Part shown: one piece after another, positions 22,260 to 31,809 of the stretch
Layout: every line of letters starts with the position of its first letter
Numbering within the stretch: the first letter of the stretch is position 1
DNA from: an uncultured Eubacteriales bacterium
GTDB lineage: Bacteria; Bacillota; Sulfobacillia; Fermentithermobacillales; Fermentithermobacillaceae
Assembly: GCA_964646385.1 (NCBI GenBank)
Contig: CAZYEC010000003.1
Coordinates: forward strand, 6,350 to 70,349
Direction: 5' to 3'
Length of the DNA stretch: 64,000 bases
Notes under the pieces: model-generated
Databases searched by the model: none
What the model was told of the DNA's origin: nothing
Seen by the model: the letters and a program-made list of their open reading frames with translations, nothing else
Made by a program: the position numbers and the translations under genes

Positions 22260-23021
22260 ATGTTAAGGGCGCTTTGGACCGGGGCTACAGGAATGGCCTC
22301 TCAAAAACTTATGATCGATACTATTTCCAACAACCTTTCCAACGTTAACACTGCCGGATTCAAGAAACAGCGCGTTCAGTTCCAGGATCTCTATTACGAG
22401 AGCATACCCACGGGAATCGATTCAACCGCATCTGTGGGGAGCGGATCAAAAACCGTCGCAACACAGCGATGCTTCCAGCAAGGGAACCTCCAGGCCACCG
22501 ATGATCCTCTGAACGTGGCCATCGAGGGGCAAGGTTTTTTCGCGGTTCAAACTGCCAAAGGGGTAGCCTACACCAGAGACGGGTCTTTTCGTTTGGACGG
22601 GCAAGGCGGGCTTGTCACACCTGCCGGATACCCGGTAATATCGTCGGACGTTTCACTGTCCATACCTCAAGGGGTAACAGATATCGAGATTTTGGAAAAT
22701 GGCAAAGTAATTGGAAAAGCGGACGGCCAAATGCAAGAGTTTGGGGCTCTTATGCTTACCACTTTCGGAAACCCCGCCGGGCTTGAGGCCATAGGGGGAA
22801 ATTTGTACCTGTCAACTCTATCCTCGGGGGGCGGGACGCAACTGGCTCCGGGAAATGGCGGGATCGGGGTTTTGCGTGGCGGTTACTTGGAGACCTCCAA
22901 TGTGGACATAATTTCAGAGATGGTCAACCTGATTGTTGCCCAACGGGCCTTCGAACTGAATTCAAAAACTGTGGAGACGGCTGACCAAATGTGGGGCATA
23001 GCCAACAATGTAAAGCGATGA
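22260..23021 (+). CDS. flgG: Flagellar basal-body rod protein FlgG/FlhP
   Basis: MLRALWTGATGMASQKLMIDTISNNLSNVNTAGFK is the canonical rod N-terminus, with a C-terminal VVSGYLETSNVD motif. The track ORF begins at 22224. Confidence 0.85.
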   Translation: MLRALWTGATGMASQKLMIDTISNNLSNVNTAGFKKQRVQFQDLYYESIPTGIDSTASVGSGSKTVATQRCFQQGNLQATDDPLNVAIEGQGFFAVQTAKGVAYTRDGSFRLDGQGGLVTPAGYPVISSDVSLSIPQGVTDIEILENGKVIGKADGQMQEFGALMLTTFGNPAGLEAIGGNLYLSTLSSGGGTQLAPGNGGIGVLRGGYLETSNVDIISEMVNLIVAQRAFELNSKTVETADQMWGIANNVKR

Positions 23022-23290
23022 CTGGCATGAATGCGGGTGCGCTCATCCAATTGGGCAGCAAGTATCCGGCCCGGGACAAGGCGAGCGAACAAAGCCTCAT
23101 GAAAGCCTGCGTGGATTTTGAATCCGTGTTTTTGTCGTTGTTGTGGAAGGAAATGTGCAAATCAACGCAAATGGACCTTGGTGGCTGGGATGGCATGGCC
23201 CAACATGCCGTGGGAGCAAAATGGGCAGGGACAGGAGGAATCGGGCTGGCGAAGGTTATTTACAGCCGTTTGACGAATCATCCTTTGTAA
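23018..23290 (+). CDS. Rod-binding protein (FlgJ N-terminal-like)
   Basis: ACVDFESVFLSLLWKEM resembles the FlgJ rod-binding domain consensus. About 90 aa, directly after the rod genes. Confidence 0.55.
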   Translation: MTGMNAGALIQLGSKYPARDKASEQSLMKACVDFESVFLSLLWKEMCKSTQMDLGGWDGMAQHAVGAKWAGTGGIGLAKVIYSRLTNHPL

Positions 23291-23310
23291 CAGCGACAGG
23301 GGATGATGAA

Positions 23311-23745
23311 ATGGGTACGAGCAACATGCTTCGAGCCGTTGAGGCGATTTTGCCCCACCGGGCTCCTTTTCTTTTTGTCAGCCGGATCATTTCTATTGAA
23401 CCGGGAGTGAGCGCCGTTGCTGAATTTGACGTGCCCCCCGATCTCCCGGCTTTTCGGGGACATTTCCCCGGTGTACCGGTGATGCCCGGGGTTCTGATTC
23501 TTGAGATGCTTGCTCAGTCGGGCGCTTTGGCCGTGTTATCCCTTGACAACATGAAAGATAAAATCGCCTATTTGGCCGGCATCGAGTCTGCCCGGTTCAG
23601 GCGCCCCGTGCGCCCCGGGGATGTTTTGAGGGCAGTGACCCGCCTCGGGCCCATAAGGCGAGGGATCGGACGAGCGGAAGGCGTTTGCTACGTCGGTGAA
23701 GACGAGGTGGCCTCGGCCACCATAAGGTTCGCTGTCCCAAATTGA
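23311..23745 (+). CDS. fabZ: 3-hydroxyacyl-[ACP] dehydratase FabZ
   Basis: Hot-dog fold motifs: [19 protein letters not shown]. Confidence 0.9.
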   Translation: MGTSNMLRAVEAILPHRAPFLFVSRIISIEPGVSAVAEFDVPPDLPAFRGHFPGVPVMPGVLILEMLAQSGALAVLSLDNMKDKIAYLAGIESARFRRPVRPGDVLRAVTRLGPIRRGIGRAEGVCYVGEDEVASATIRFAVPN

Positions 23746-23801
23746 CACCGAATTTTGCCGGTGTTAACATGCAAGGGTATTGCCGCCAAGGAGGTTCTGA
23801 G

Positions 23802-24989
23802 ATGCCAACGATAGGAAAGAGAAGGAGATTGTTCACTTCCGAATCCGTGACTGAGGGCCATCCCGACAAAGTGGCGGACCAAATAGTTGACTCCATATTA
23901 GATGCCATTCTGATCAAAGATAAAAAAGCCCGGGTCGCCTGCGAATGCGTGGTCAAGACCGGGTTTGTTTTGGTGGCCGGGGAAATATCAACCGATTGCT
24001 ACGTGGACATGCCCTTTACGGTAAGGGAGACTCTAAGGAGGATAGGCTACACAAGGGCTAAATACGGGTTCGATGCCGACACTTGTGCTGTCCTGACGGC
24101 AATAGAGGAACAATCTCCCGATATCGCTTTGGGGGTCGATCTTTCCTTGGAGTCAAAACAAGGTGAGATGGCGGAAACCTTGGGGGCCGGCGATCAAGGT
24201 TCCATGTTCGGTTACGCTTGCGACGAGACGCCCCAGTACATGCCGTTGCCCATAGACATGGCAAACCGGCTGGCACGGCGCCTGGCTGTTGTCAGACGGG
24301 AAGGCATTGTCCCATACCTCCGGCCTGATGGGAAAACTCAGGTCACGGTTGAATATGTAGATGGCCGGCCTGTACGGGTTCACACCATAGTGGTATCTGC
24401 TCAGCATGCTGCCGAGGTCGGAGTGGATACCATCAGGCAAGATGTTACGGCAGAGGTCATCAATAAAACGGTTCCCGCCAACATGATGGACCAAAACACC
24501 AGGATCCTGGTTAACGCCACCGGTCGTTTTGTGGTAGGCGGTCCCCAGGCCGACTGCGGGCTCTCTGGCCGGAAGCTTATTGTCGATTCGTACGGCGGTT
24601 TTGCCCGGCACGGCGGTGGCGCGTTTTCCGGGAAAGACCCGACAAAAGTGGATCGCTCTGCAAGCTATGCGGCAAGGTATGTGGCCAAAAATGTGGTCCA
24701 TGCGGGATTGGCCAAGGAATGTGAAATTCAGGTGGCTTACGTGATAGGTGTGGCAAAACCTGTATCTATCACTGTCGACACCAAAGGCACGGCTTGTCTG
24801 CCCGAGAATGAGTTGGAAGCAGCCATAGTCAGGGCTTTTGACTTCCGTCCTGCTGCCATTATCGAAAGACTCGATTTGCGCAGGCCCATTTATTCCAGAA
24901 TTGCTGCGTACGGCCATTTTGGCAGAGATGATTTGGACTTGCCCTGGGAGCGCTTGGACCTCAAGGAGAGCCTGCTGAAGCACATCTAA
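23802..24989 (+). CDS. metK: S-adenosylmethionine synthetase
   Basis: [24 protein letters not shown] and [16 protein letters not shown] motifs; 395 aa. Confidence 0.97.
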   Translation: MPTIGKRRRLFTSESVTEGHPDKVADQIVDSILDAILIKDKKARVACECVVKTGFVLVAGEISTDCYVDMPFTVRETLRRIGYTRAKYGFDADTCAVLTAIEEQSPDIALGVDLSLESKQGEMAETLGAGDQGSMFGYACDETPQYMPLPIDMANRLARRLAVVRREGIVPYLRPDGKTQVTVEYVDGRPVRVHTIVVSAQHAAEVGVDTIRQDVTAEVINKTVPANMMDQNTRILVNATGRFVVGGPQADCGLSGRKLIVDSYGGFARHGGGAFSGKDPTKVDRSASYAARYVAKNVVHAGLAKECEIQVAYVIGVAKPVSITVDTKGTACLPENELEAAIVRAFDFRPAAIIERLDLRRPIYSRIAAYGHFGRDDLDLPWERLDLKESLLKHI

Positions 24990-24997
24990 AACAATTT

Positions 24998-25042
24998 TCC
25001 CTCGGCCAACATATCGTGTTGGGGGAGGGGTTTGTTTTGCTG
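24998..25042 (+). terminator. Probable rho-independent terminator after metK
   Basis: Imperfect GC hairpin (CCCTCGGCCAACA...TGTTGGGGGAGGG) followed by GTTTGTTTTG. Coordinates approximate. Confidence 0.45.
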
Positions 25043-25373
25043 AATCCCCAAAAAACATCCTTGCTTCTCATGGCCCTGTGGTGTATTTTGGAAATTGCTG
25101 CGGCCCTTGCCAAGGGCCGGGCCCGTGACGAGGCAGCCCCCACAGGCATATTGATCCTTGTAAGGGAATGCCCTTCTTCGCTCGAAGGCACCGTTCGCCG
25201 CCTGCGGTTGGAATGCGGTTTGCGCGGGTGCATTTATCCGCCCATATGGGTTTTGCCCACCGGGCAAAAGAACCAGTTGGAACCTTTGCTAAAGCTTATG
25301 CAAAAAGACGGGCTGGTGGATTGTTCTCCTTTCGACGACAGTGCCGGCCGAGTAGTCCATTTATAGCGCCGAT

Positions 25374-26186
25374 TTGGTGCATAGCCAAAGACTCGGATAT
25401 CTCTTACCAATTAGCCGCGACTGCGGCAACCAGGGTGGACAAGTTGGGGTGGTAAGTTTCCGAAAGGTGTTAGGCGGATTAATCCGGGGGTTTACGGGCG
25501 CCCTGTACGGGTGCCCGGCAGTTTGCGCCCTTTGCGGAACCCGCTTGGGTGCAGATTTAGCCCGCGAAAGCGGGGTCTGCCAGTCGTGTCACAGAAATCT
25601 TCAAAGGTCCATGCGCCGGGTGTGTGCCATTTGCGGTGTTCCTGTTCCGGCGTCAATTCACTTCTGCCCCCAATGTTGTCGCCAAATGAGATATTTTGAA
25701 GCCCAAAGATCGGTGGGAGTCTATTCCGGCGATCTTAAGGAGGCTATCCGGTGCCTGAAATACGATGGTCAGCGCTGGCTTGCAGGTCCTTTGGGGCGCA
25801 TGTTGGCCGAGGTGGCGCTGGCTTTTTTGCCCCTTGATGTCGTTGTCCCGGTGCCGATAGACCCGGGCAGGGGGCAAGAACGGGGTTTTAATCAGGCACG
25901 GGATCTCGCTTATCATGTGTCCAGGCATATGGATGTCCTGTTCTTGGATCCGTTGCTGCGAGAAGAACGTTATAAACAACAGGCCGGTTTAGGTCGAAGT
26001 ATGAGATGGGAGAACCTCGAAAAGTCCATCAAAACGGGGGGGCACCCGGCCCTTTTGGGCGCCCGGGTGCTTTTAGTGGATGATGTCATGACTACCGGCG
26101 CCACTTTGGATGAAGCGGCAAGGGCGCTTAGAAACGCGGGAGCCGCTGTCGTGTACGGAGTAACCGTTGCAAGGACCGTCGGGTGA
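25374..26186 (+). CDS. comFC: ComF family protein (ComFC phosphoribosyltransferase-type competence protein). A possible GTG start lies near 25467.
   Basis: N-terminal double CxxC zinc ribbon (CALCGTR...CQSCHRNL; CAICGV...CPQCC) plus a PRTase-type C-terminus (LLVDDVMTTGATL). Confidence 0.8.
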   Translation: MVHSQRLGYLLPISRDCGNQGGQVGVVSFRKVLGGLIRGFTGALYGCPAVCALCGTRLGADLARESGVCQSCHRNLQRSMRRVCAICGVPVPASIHFCPQCCRQMRYFEAQRSVGVYSGDLKEAIRCLKYDGQRWLAGPLGRMLAEVALAFLPLDVVVPVPIDPGRGQERGFNQARDLAYHVSRHMDVLFLDPLLREERYKQQAGLGRSMRWENLEKSIKTGGHPALLGARVLLVDDVMTTGATLDEAARALRNAGAAVVYGVTVARTVG

Positions 26187-26227
26187 TGGGTTTCCGGTTC
26201 GAGGCAGTCTGTTGCGGAGGGGCAGGA

Positions 26228-26656
26228 ATGAAGAACAAAAGCATGGAAGGGCTCAAGCGGTTGTCCAACTGCCAGCGTTGTGGCAAAGTCTTCGTGCGAG
26301 AGGCTGTCCCGGTTTGTCGGGATTGCCTGGCCTTGGAAGAGAAGCAATATCTGGTCGTCAAGGAATACTTGCACAAGAACCCCGGTGTGCCCGCAGTCAA
26401 GGTCAGCGAGGCCACCGGTGTTCCAGCCCAACTGGTGATAGAGTTTTTAAGAAAAGGTCTTCTTGCCGGGATCAAGCCGGGTCCAAACGAATCCTTGACT
26501 TGTGTCATCTGCAAGAGGCCTATCGCGTCTGGGTCCGTTTGTCTCAAATGCGAAAAAACGCTGTTGTCCATGTTTTCCCGTAAGGACAGCCCAAAGCCGG
26601 GAGCAGATTCTCAAAGGATGTATTCGGCCGAAGCTATCTTCGGCCGCAGAAAGTAG
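26228..26656 (+). CDS. yvyF: Flagellar operon protein TIGR03826 (YvyF-like zinc-ribbon protein)
   Basis: CQRCGKVF...CRDC...CVICKRPI...CLKC four-Cys pairs, positioned between comFC and flgM as in B. subtilis. Confidence 0.7.
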   Translation: MKNKSMEGLKRLSNCQRCGKVFVREAVPVCRDCLALEEKQYLVVKEYLHKNPGVPAVKVSEATGVPAQLVIEFLRKGLLAGIKPGPNESLTCVICKRPIASGSVCLKCEKTLLSMFSRKDSPKPGADSQRMYSAEAIFGRRK

Positions 26657-26667
26657 AGGTTCTGGGG

Positions 26668-26697
26668 TAAACGCGGGGGCGAGTTTTTCCGATGAGT
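26668..26697 (+). promoter_or_regulatory. Candidate sigma-28 (FliA/SigD) promoter upstream of flgM
   Basis: TAAA, about 16 nt, then TCCGATGA, compared with the consensus TAAA-N15-GCCGATAT. Approximate coordinates. Confidence 0.3.
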
Positions 26698-26734
26698 GTG
26701 TTGGGCGGCAATTCAGTTCAAAGGGTGATTCGCA

Positions 26735-27031
26735 ATGATGATTTCAAGAGCCCAAATAGGAAAGATCGTTCAGATCTACAAGGCTCAAGACACCAAGAAC
26801 GTGCAGAAACCTGTGGGTCCAAGCGAAACAATCGCTTCAGACAATCTCAATTTGCCTTTTGATAACGCCGATCTCCTGCAGATTCGGGAGATAATCGACA
26901 AACTACCCGATGTGCGCGAAGATAAAGTCCGGCATTGCGCGGCAGAAGTCAAGGAGGGGGCTTACGAAGTGGACCCCAAAGAAGTTGCCGAAAAGCTGCT
27001 GGGCAGGCTGTTTGCAGACAAAATTAGGTAA
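26735..27031 (+). CDS. flgM: Anti-sigma-28 factor FlgM
   Basis: 98 aa. The C-terminal EVDPKEVAEKLL... helix region is typical of FlgM and the operon position fits. Confidence 0.85.
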   Translation: MMISRAQIGKIVQIYKAQDTKNVQKPVGPSETIASDNLNLPFDNADLLQIREIIDKLPDVREDKVRHCAAEVKEGAYEVDPKEVAEKLLGRLFADKIR

Positions 27032-27034
27032 AGC

Positions 27035-27409
27035 GTGAAAAAGACCATGGCAAACCCTCACCTAAATTCTCTATGCCCTGAAATCGAGCCGGTTCTTGAC
27101 CGGTTGATCGCTCTTTCTTTAGAAAAACAGAATGCACTGATAAAAAACGATATACCTCTTTTGGAAAACATAGTGGCCGATGAAAAGCAGTTGTTGGAAG
27201 ACTGCAAAAGGCTTACGAACGAAAGGTGTCTCGGGCCTTCTTTCGCAGAGAAGGTGCACAGGCTCAAGGCCCTTAACGAGTCCAACCAACGCCTTGTCGA
27301 GACGGCCTTGAATCTTGTGCGACACGAACTCTCCTTATGGCTTTTGCCTGAAAGCGGCTACTCCGGTTCCACTAGGAACGGGCCTTTTGTGTTCGACAAA
27401 AGAATTTGA
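27035..27409 (+). CDS. flgN: FlgN-family flagellar export chaperone
   Basis: 124-aa helical protein between flgM and flgK (the yvyG position). Confidence 0.7.
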   Translation: MKKTMANPHLNSLCPEIEPVLDRLIALSLEKQNALIKNDIPLLENIVADEKQLLEDCKRLTNERCLGPSFAEKVHRLKALNESNQRLVETALNLVRHELSLWLLPESGYSGSTRNGPFVFDKRI

Positions 27410-27427
27410 GAACGGTGGTGAACGGCT

Positions 27428-28813
27428 ATGTCAACCTTTTCTTTGTTTGAGGTCGGCAGATCGGCTTTGTTGGCATCAAAAAGGAGCATGGATGTTACGG
27501 GCCACAATGTGGCGAACTACGCCACTCCCGGGTACTCCAGGCAGGAGACGATTCTCGAGCCCATCATACAGAGGATGGCATCTATTTCAGGAGTTGGGGT
27601 TAAGGTAGCCGGCATAGCTCGTTCACGGGATCTGTTCATCGATTCGGTGTTACGGGCCGAAACCGGCAAGGCTGCAGCCTTTGCAGTTCAAAGGGATGTA
27701 GTGGATCAAATACAGGTTATAGCTGCAGAGCCCTCCGACAACAGCATAAGGGTGGCCCTCGAGAATTTTTGGTCTGCTTGGCATGACCTCAGCATAGACC
27801 CTGGTTCCGGTAGCGCCCGGGCCCAGGTGATGGAGAGGGGACGGTCCCTTGCGGATATGTTCAGGCATGTGGGGGGCCAGTTGGACTCGTTGAAACGAGA
27901 TGTCGAAGCCGGGCTCGAATCGGCGGTAAGCAGGGTCAATTTGCTTTCAGAACGGGTAGTGGATTTCAACCTGGAGATTTCCAGGGCCATGGCAAGAAAC
28001 GAACCCGCCGCCGATCTCTTGGACCAAAGAGATTTGTTGCTGGACGAACTTGCGGAAATGACAGGGGCGACAGTCGTGTATCTGCAGGAGGGGGCCTCGG
28101 TCAGGGTTTCAGTGGGTGGCTACCCCTTGGTTGATCTGGAACAGACTTACAAAATTGAAGTGGGTTTTACATCCCAGGGCACAGAGTTTAGATGGGCAGC
28201 CGGCCCGGGTGAAAGCGTCCCCATGGATTCAATGGGCGGCCTTTTGGGCGGATACCGTGGGGCAAGGGACGAAATGGTTTTGGGGTTCAAAGGTGAATTG
28301 GAATCCCTTTTGGTATCCATTGTGGACAACGTTAATGACCTGCACAGGGCAGGGTATCCCATTTCCGGGCCGCCGTTGGATTTCTTCCAAGTAGGTTCTA
28401 CTTCCTACCTTTCGTCGGTAGCGGTTAACCCGGTGATAGTGGCGGACCCGGGCGCAATATGCGCGTCGCAGGTTCCCGGCGACCGTGAGAACGGGCAAAT
28501 GGCTTTGGCCATCGCCGACCTGTTAGGTGGGGAAAGTCCTCCCGCCGAGGGAGTGCTCAGCGATATCTGGACCGGGATGGTCGGAAAGTTGGGTGCTCTG
28601 GGCCAGAGGGTGGGAAGCGGTTATGAAGTCCAGGAAATTCTGGTCAAAGGGCTACGCAACCGCAAGGACAGCATCTGCGGAGTGTCCATCGATGAAGAAA
28701 TAGCGACTCTCGTGCGGCAGCAACACGCGTTTGGCGCGGCAAGCAGGCTCATAACGGTGGCCGACGAGATTATCGATACCATTGTCAACAAAATGGGGCT
28801 GGCAGGTCGATAG
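27428..28813 (+). CDS. flgK: Flagellar hook-associated protein 1 FlgK
   Basis: N-terminal SLFEVGRSALLASKRSMDVTGHNVANYATPGYSRQ and a C-terminal ATLVRQQHAFGAASRLITVADE motif. Confidence 0.92.
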   Translation: MSTFSLFEVGRSALLASKRSMDVTGHNVANYATPGYSRQETILEPIIQRMASISGVGVKVAGIARSRDLFIDSVLRAETGKAAAFAVQRDVVDQIQVIAAEPSDNSIRVALENFWSAWHDLSIDPGSGSARAQVMERGRSLADMFRHVGGQLDSLKRDVEAGLESAVSRVNLLSERVVDFNLEISRAMARNEPAADLLDQRDLLLDELAEMTGATVVYLQEGASVRVSVGGYPLVDLEQTYKIEVGFTSQGTEFRWAAGPGESVPMDSMGGLLGGYRGARDEMVLGFKGELESLLVSIVDNVNDLHRAGYPISGPPLDFFQVGSTSYLSSVAVNPVIVADPGAICASQVPGDRENGQMALAIADLLGGESPPAEGVLSDIWTGMVGKLGALGQRVGSGYEVQEILVKGLRNRKDSICGVSIDEEIATLVRQQHAFGAASRLITVADEIIDTIVNKMGLAGR

Positions 28814-28821
28814 AGGGGGTT

Positions 28822-29640
28822 TTGCCGGTGCGCATCACCGATTTGTCCACAGAAAGGAATTTTTTGCACAATCTTATGCGATCTGAGGAGCGCTTGGGGA
28901 AACTCGAGGATATGGCATCTTCGGGCACTCGCCTCACGAGGCCCCAGGACGACCCCACGGGCGTTGAGCGTTCCCTGATTCTGCGTCACCATGTGGCTCA
29001 GACAAACCAGTTCGCGCGCAACGTTAATCGAGCCAAGACTTGGACGGAAGAGACAGAACAGGCTTTGGCTGACCTTCTCACTTTGATAATGCGGGCCCAA
29101 GATCTGGCCATCGAAGGGGGGACGGCCACCACACCGGAAGATGCCAGGGCATACATAGCAATGGAAGTGGGGGAGCTGTTGGAAGAGGCTCAGGCGATAA
29201 GGAACAGGACAAGCCAAGGCCGTCTTTTGCTAACGGGAACTTTGCCCCAATGGAAAGTAGGGCCCGGCATGACGGTAACCGTCAAGGACCAAAGCTGCCT
29301 TTTCGACGAAGTGCAGCGTCATTTGGGCGATCTGTATGAGGGGCTCAAAAAGGAGGGAGATGTGGCGCTCGTCGGGGATGCAAGGGAAGGTCTTGTTCGG
29401 GTCATGGATTTGACCTTGGCAGAACGGGCAGAAAACGGAGCCAAAATGAATCGATTGGACATGTTGGATGCCAGACTGAAGACTACGGATATTGAGTACA
29501 GACGCCTACTGTCTAACGTGGAAGATGCCGACCTGTCTGAGCTGCTGGTCAGGCTTTGGTCGGCGCAAGCGTCCTACCAGGCGGCTCTCGGTGTGGGGGC
29601 CAGACTCATTCAGCCGTCACTTTTGGACTATCTTAGGTAA
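28822..29640 (+). CDS. flgL: Flagellar hook-associated protein 3 FlgL
   Basis: Flagellin-like N- and C-terminal helices (RITDLS...; LSELLVRLWSAQASYQAAL). Confidence 0.85.
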   Translation: MPVRITDLSTERNFLHNLMRSEERLGKLEDMASSGTRLTRPQDDPTGVERSLILRHHVAQTNQFARNVNRAKTWTEETEQALADLLTLIMRAQDLAIEGGTATTPEDARAYIAMEVGELLEEAQAIRNRTSQGRLLLTGTLPQWKVGPGMTVTVKDQSCLFDEVQRHLGDLYEGLKKEGDVALVGDAREGLVRVMDLTLAERAENGAKMNRLDMLDARLKTTDIEYRRLLSNVEDADLSELLVRLWSAQASYQAALGVGARLIQPSLLDYLR

Positions 29641-29664
29641 GCCCAGGCCCGGGGAGGTTGGCAG

Positions 29665-30120
29665 ATGCAAGTGACAACTAAAAGATTTGGGACAATTGAG
29701 GTGGACGAAGGCCGAGTAGTAACGTTTCCCCGGGGGTTGATAGGCTTCGCTGATTTCAAGCGATTTGTCTCCATCAGCATTGCCGGGGTGGACGAATCCC
29801 TGAAGTGGTTGCAATCTGTGGATGATCCCACTCTCGGTTTCGTTACCTTGGACCCAAAAGCGGTCTTTCCCGGCTATGACCCGGAGTTTTGCATAACCGA
29901 TTTGTCCGGTTTGGGAGACTCGTCCCCCGGCGATCTTGTAATGCTTTCAATCATCACGATCCCCCAAGAAGTGGAACAGATGACTGCCAATTTGCAGGCA
30001 CCTCTGGTAATAAACCCGGCGAAAAGGTTGGGCAAGCAGGTTATTGTGCAGTCGTCGCAGTATACTACAAAGCATACAGTTTTTGCAGCGCTTCAAAGTT
30101 TCATGAAGAGGACTGGTTAA
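29665..30120 (+). CDS. fliW: Flagellar assembly factor FliW
   Basis: FGTIEVDEGRVVTFPRGLIGF...PTLGFVTLDP and ANLQAPLVIN motifs. Confidence 0.92.
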   Translation: MQVTTKRFGTIEVDEGRVVTFPRGLIGFADFKRFVSISIAGVDESLKWLQSVDDPTLGFVTLDPKAVFPGYDPEFCITDLSGLGDSSPGDLVMLSIITIPQEVEQMTANLQAPLVINPAKRLGKQVIVQSSQYTTKHTVFAALQSFMKRTG

Positions 30121-30122
30121 GG

Positions 30123-30347
30123 ATGCTCGTTCTCACCCGCAAGAAAGGCCAGGCCATTTTAATCGGCGACGACGTGATCGTGACCATCGCCGAAATACGG
30201 GGCTCGGGTTCCAGAGCCTTGGTAAAATTGGGGATCACCGCCCCTTCCGGCACCAAAGTGCTTAGGGAAGAAGTAGTGGGTGAAGTGACCGAACAGATGA
30301 TCCTTGCAAAAGACCCCTCCCTTGATGTCATTTTGAAAAGACATTGA
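30123..30347 (+). CDS. csrA: Carbon storage regulator CsrA
   Basis: MLVLTRKKGQAILIGDDVIVTIAEIRG...VKLGITAPSGTKVLREE; 74 aa. Confidence 0.95.
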   Translation: MLVLTRKKGQAILIGDDVIVTIAEIRGSGSRALVKLGITAPSGTKVLREEVVGEVTEQMILAKDPSLDVILKRH

Positions 30348-30348
30348 G

Positions 30349-30378
30349 TTAATCGCTTCTTCAGATCTTTCGATACAC
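30349..30378 (+). promoter_or_regulatory. Candidate sigma-28 promoter upstream of fliD (TTAA, about 16 nt, TTCGATAC)
   Basis: Partial match to the SigD consensus in the csrA-fliD gap. Approximate coordinates. Confidence 0.25.
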
Positions 30379-30435
30379 AACGTGACCCCCGGAACAAAGC
30401 GGAGAACAAGGGCGGTACCACAGGAGGTGATTTAT

Positions 30436-31809
30436 GTGAGCGGTCTCAGCATAGGTGTGACAGGTCTTGATACGGAAACCATCATTCAGGAACTTATGAA
30501 AGTGGAAAGGCAACCCCTTGCAGCTATGCAGACTAAGCAGCAGAACCTTGCCGGCCTCAAAGCGGCTTGGGACACGATTCGGGAAAGGCTTGAGGGTCTC
30601 GCTTCCAAACTTGCTCCCCTTTGCTCTTCTCTTGAGTTCCAACAAAAGGCAGTCACTGTCAGCGACAACTCAGTTCTGTCAGCTACGGTCAACGGAACCA
30701 TCGCGGAACCGGGCATGTACGAAATTGAAGTGATATCTCTTGCCAAAGCCCAAATTGTGGGATCGGGATTTTTCGCTGACAGAGATTTGGCACTCAATCT
30801 CGAAGGAGTCCTTGTCCTAAATGGCAAGGAGGTATATTTGGAAGCCTCCGATACTCTCGCGGACATCGCCTCAAAAGTAAACGGCGCAGAAGGAATCGGT
30901 GTGCGTGCCGCCGTGCTACAGGTGACGGCGGAACACGCTCAGATTGTTCTTACAGCAGAAACCCCGGGTTCTTCCGGCCAAATCGATTTTGGGGGAGACC
31001 ACGACCTTCTGAAAGGCATCGGATTCTTTGGAGAAAACAACGTCGTTAATCAGATAAGAGCAGCCCAGGATGGGGTGTTTCTGATAAACGGAGTTCAGTT
31101 TGTGAGAAGTCAAAACCAGATCGACGATGTGATAGCCGGTATCACTGTGACCCTGGCTTCGGCGGCCAATCCTGCCACAGGTGCGGGAGGTTCCTGCACC
31201 GTCACGGTGGAATTAGACGATCAAAGCATCGTCGATAACGTTAAAGCGTTTGTGAAGGAATACAATTCATTGATAGACGTGACCAAAAAATATGGCGCCT
31301 GGGATTCGGAACTGAAGTCCGGGGGGCTCATGTTTGGGGACCCACTGCTTCAGAGGCTGGTGGGTGAAATAAGGAATCTTGTCTTCAGACGGGCCGGCGG
31401 GCCTCAGGAATTGCAGTTTGTGGGCCAGATAGGGATCAGTACGGGGACTCGAGATTCATTTTCCAGGGACGGCAAGCTCACCCTAGATGAAAACAAGCTT
31501 ACGGAAACCCTTAAGAATGAAAGGGGCGATGTGGCCAAGCTGTTTGGGGCGTCTGGCGAGGCCCCGGGCATATTCGGCCTAATGCGCGAAGCAGTGCGGC
31601 GGTACACCTCTGCAGACGGTTTCCTGCCTTCGAGAAAAGCTCAAATTGAGGCCCAAGACAAAGACCTGTCCCGGCAGATTGAGGCAAAGCAAAGAAGCCT
31701 AGATGCCAGACTTTTGGCCCTAAGAAGGCAATTCAGCGGACTGGAGATCATGCTTTCCAGGATGAACTCTCAAGGGACTTGGTTGTCTCAACAAATTGCG
31801 GGAATGTAG
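30436..31809 (+). CDS. fliD: Flagellar filament cap protein FliD (HAP2)
   Basis: GTG start 5 nt after CAGGAGGTGA. The N-terminus is VSGLSIGVTGLDTETIIQELMKVERQPL and the C-terminal coiled coil carries the SRMNSQ motif. Confidence 0.88.
   Translation: MSGLSIGVTGLDTETIIQELMKVERQPLAAMQTKQQNLAGLKAAWDTIRERLEGLASKLAPLCSSLEFQQKAVTVSDNSVLSATVNGTIAEPGMYEIEVISLAKAQIVGSGFFADRDLALNLEGVLVLNGKEVYLEASDTLADIASKVNGAEGIGVRAAVLQVTAEHAQIVLTAETPGSSGQIDFGGDHDLLKGIGFFGENNVVNQIRAAQDGVFLINGVQFVRSQNQIDDVIAGITVTLASAANPATGAGGSCTVTVELDDQSIVDNVKAFVKEYNSLIDVTKKYGAWDSELKSGGLMFGDPLLQRLVGEIRNLVFRRAGGPQELQFVGQIGISTGTRDSFSRDGKLTLDENKLTETLKNERGDVAKLFGASGEAPGIFGLMREAVRRYTSADGFLPSRKAQIEAQDKDLSRQIEAKQRSLDARLLALRRQFSGLEIMLSRMNSQGTWLSQQIAGM

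Noticed and set aside
25016-25366. 116-aa ORF (TTG start) after metK as a confident gene
   Set aside because: Its 5' end lies inside the metK terminator hairpin and it has no recognisable family or convincing Shine-Dalgarno sequence. It is retained only as an open question in the findings.
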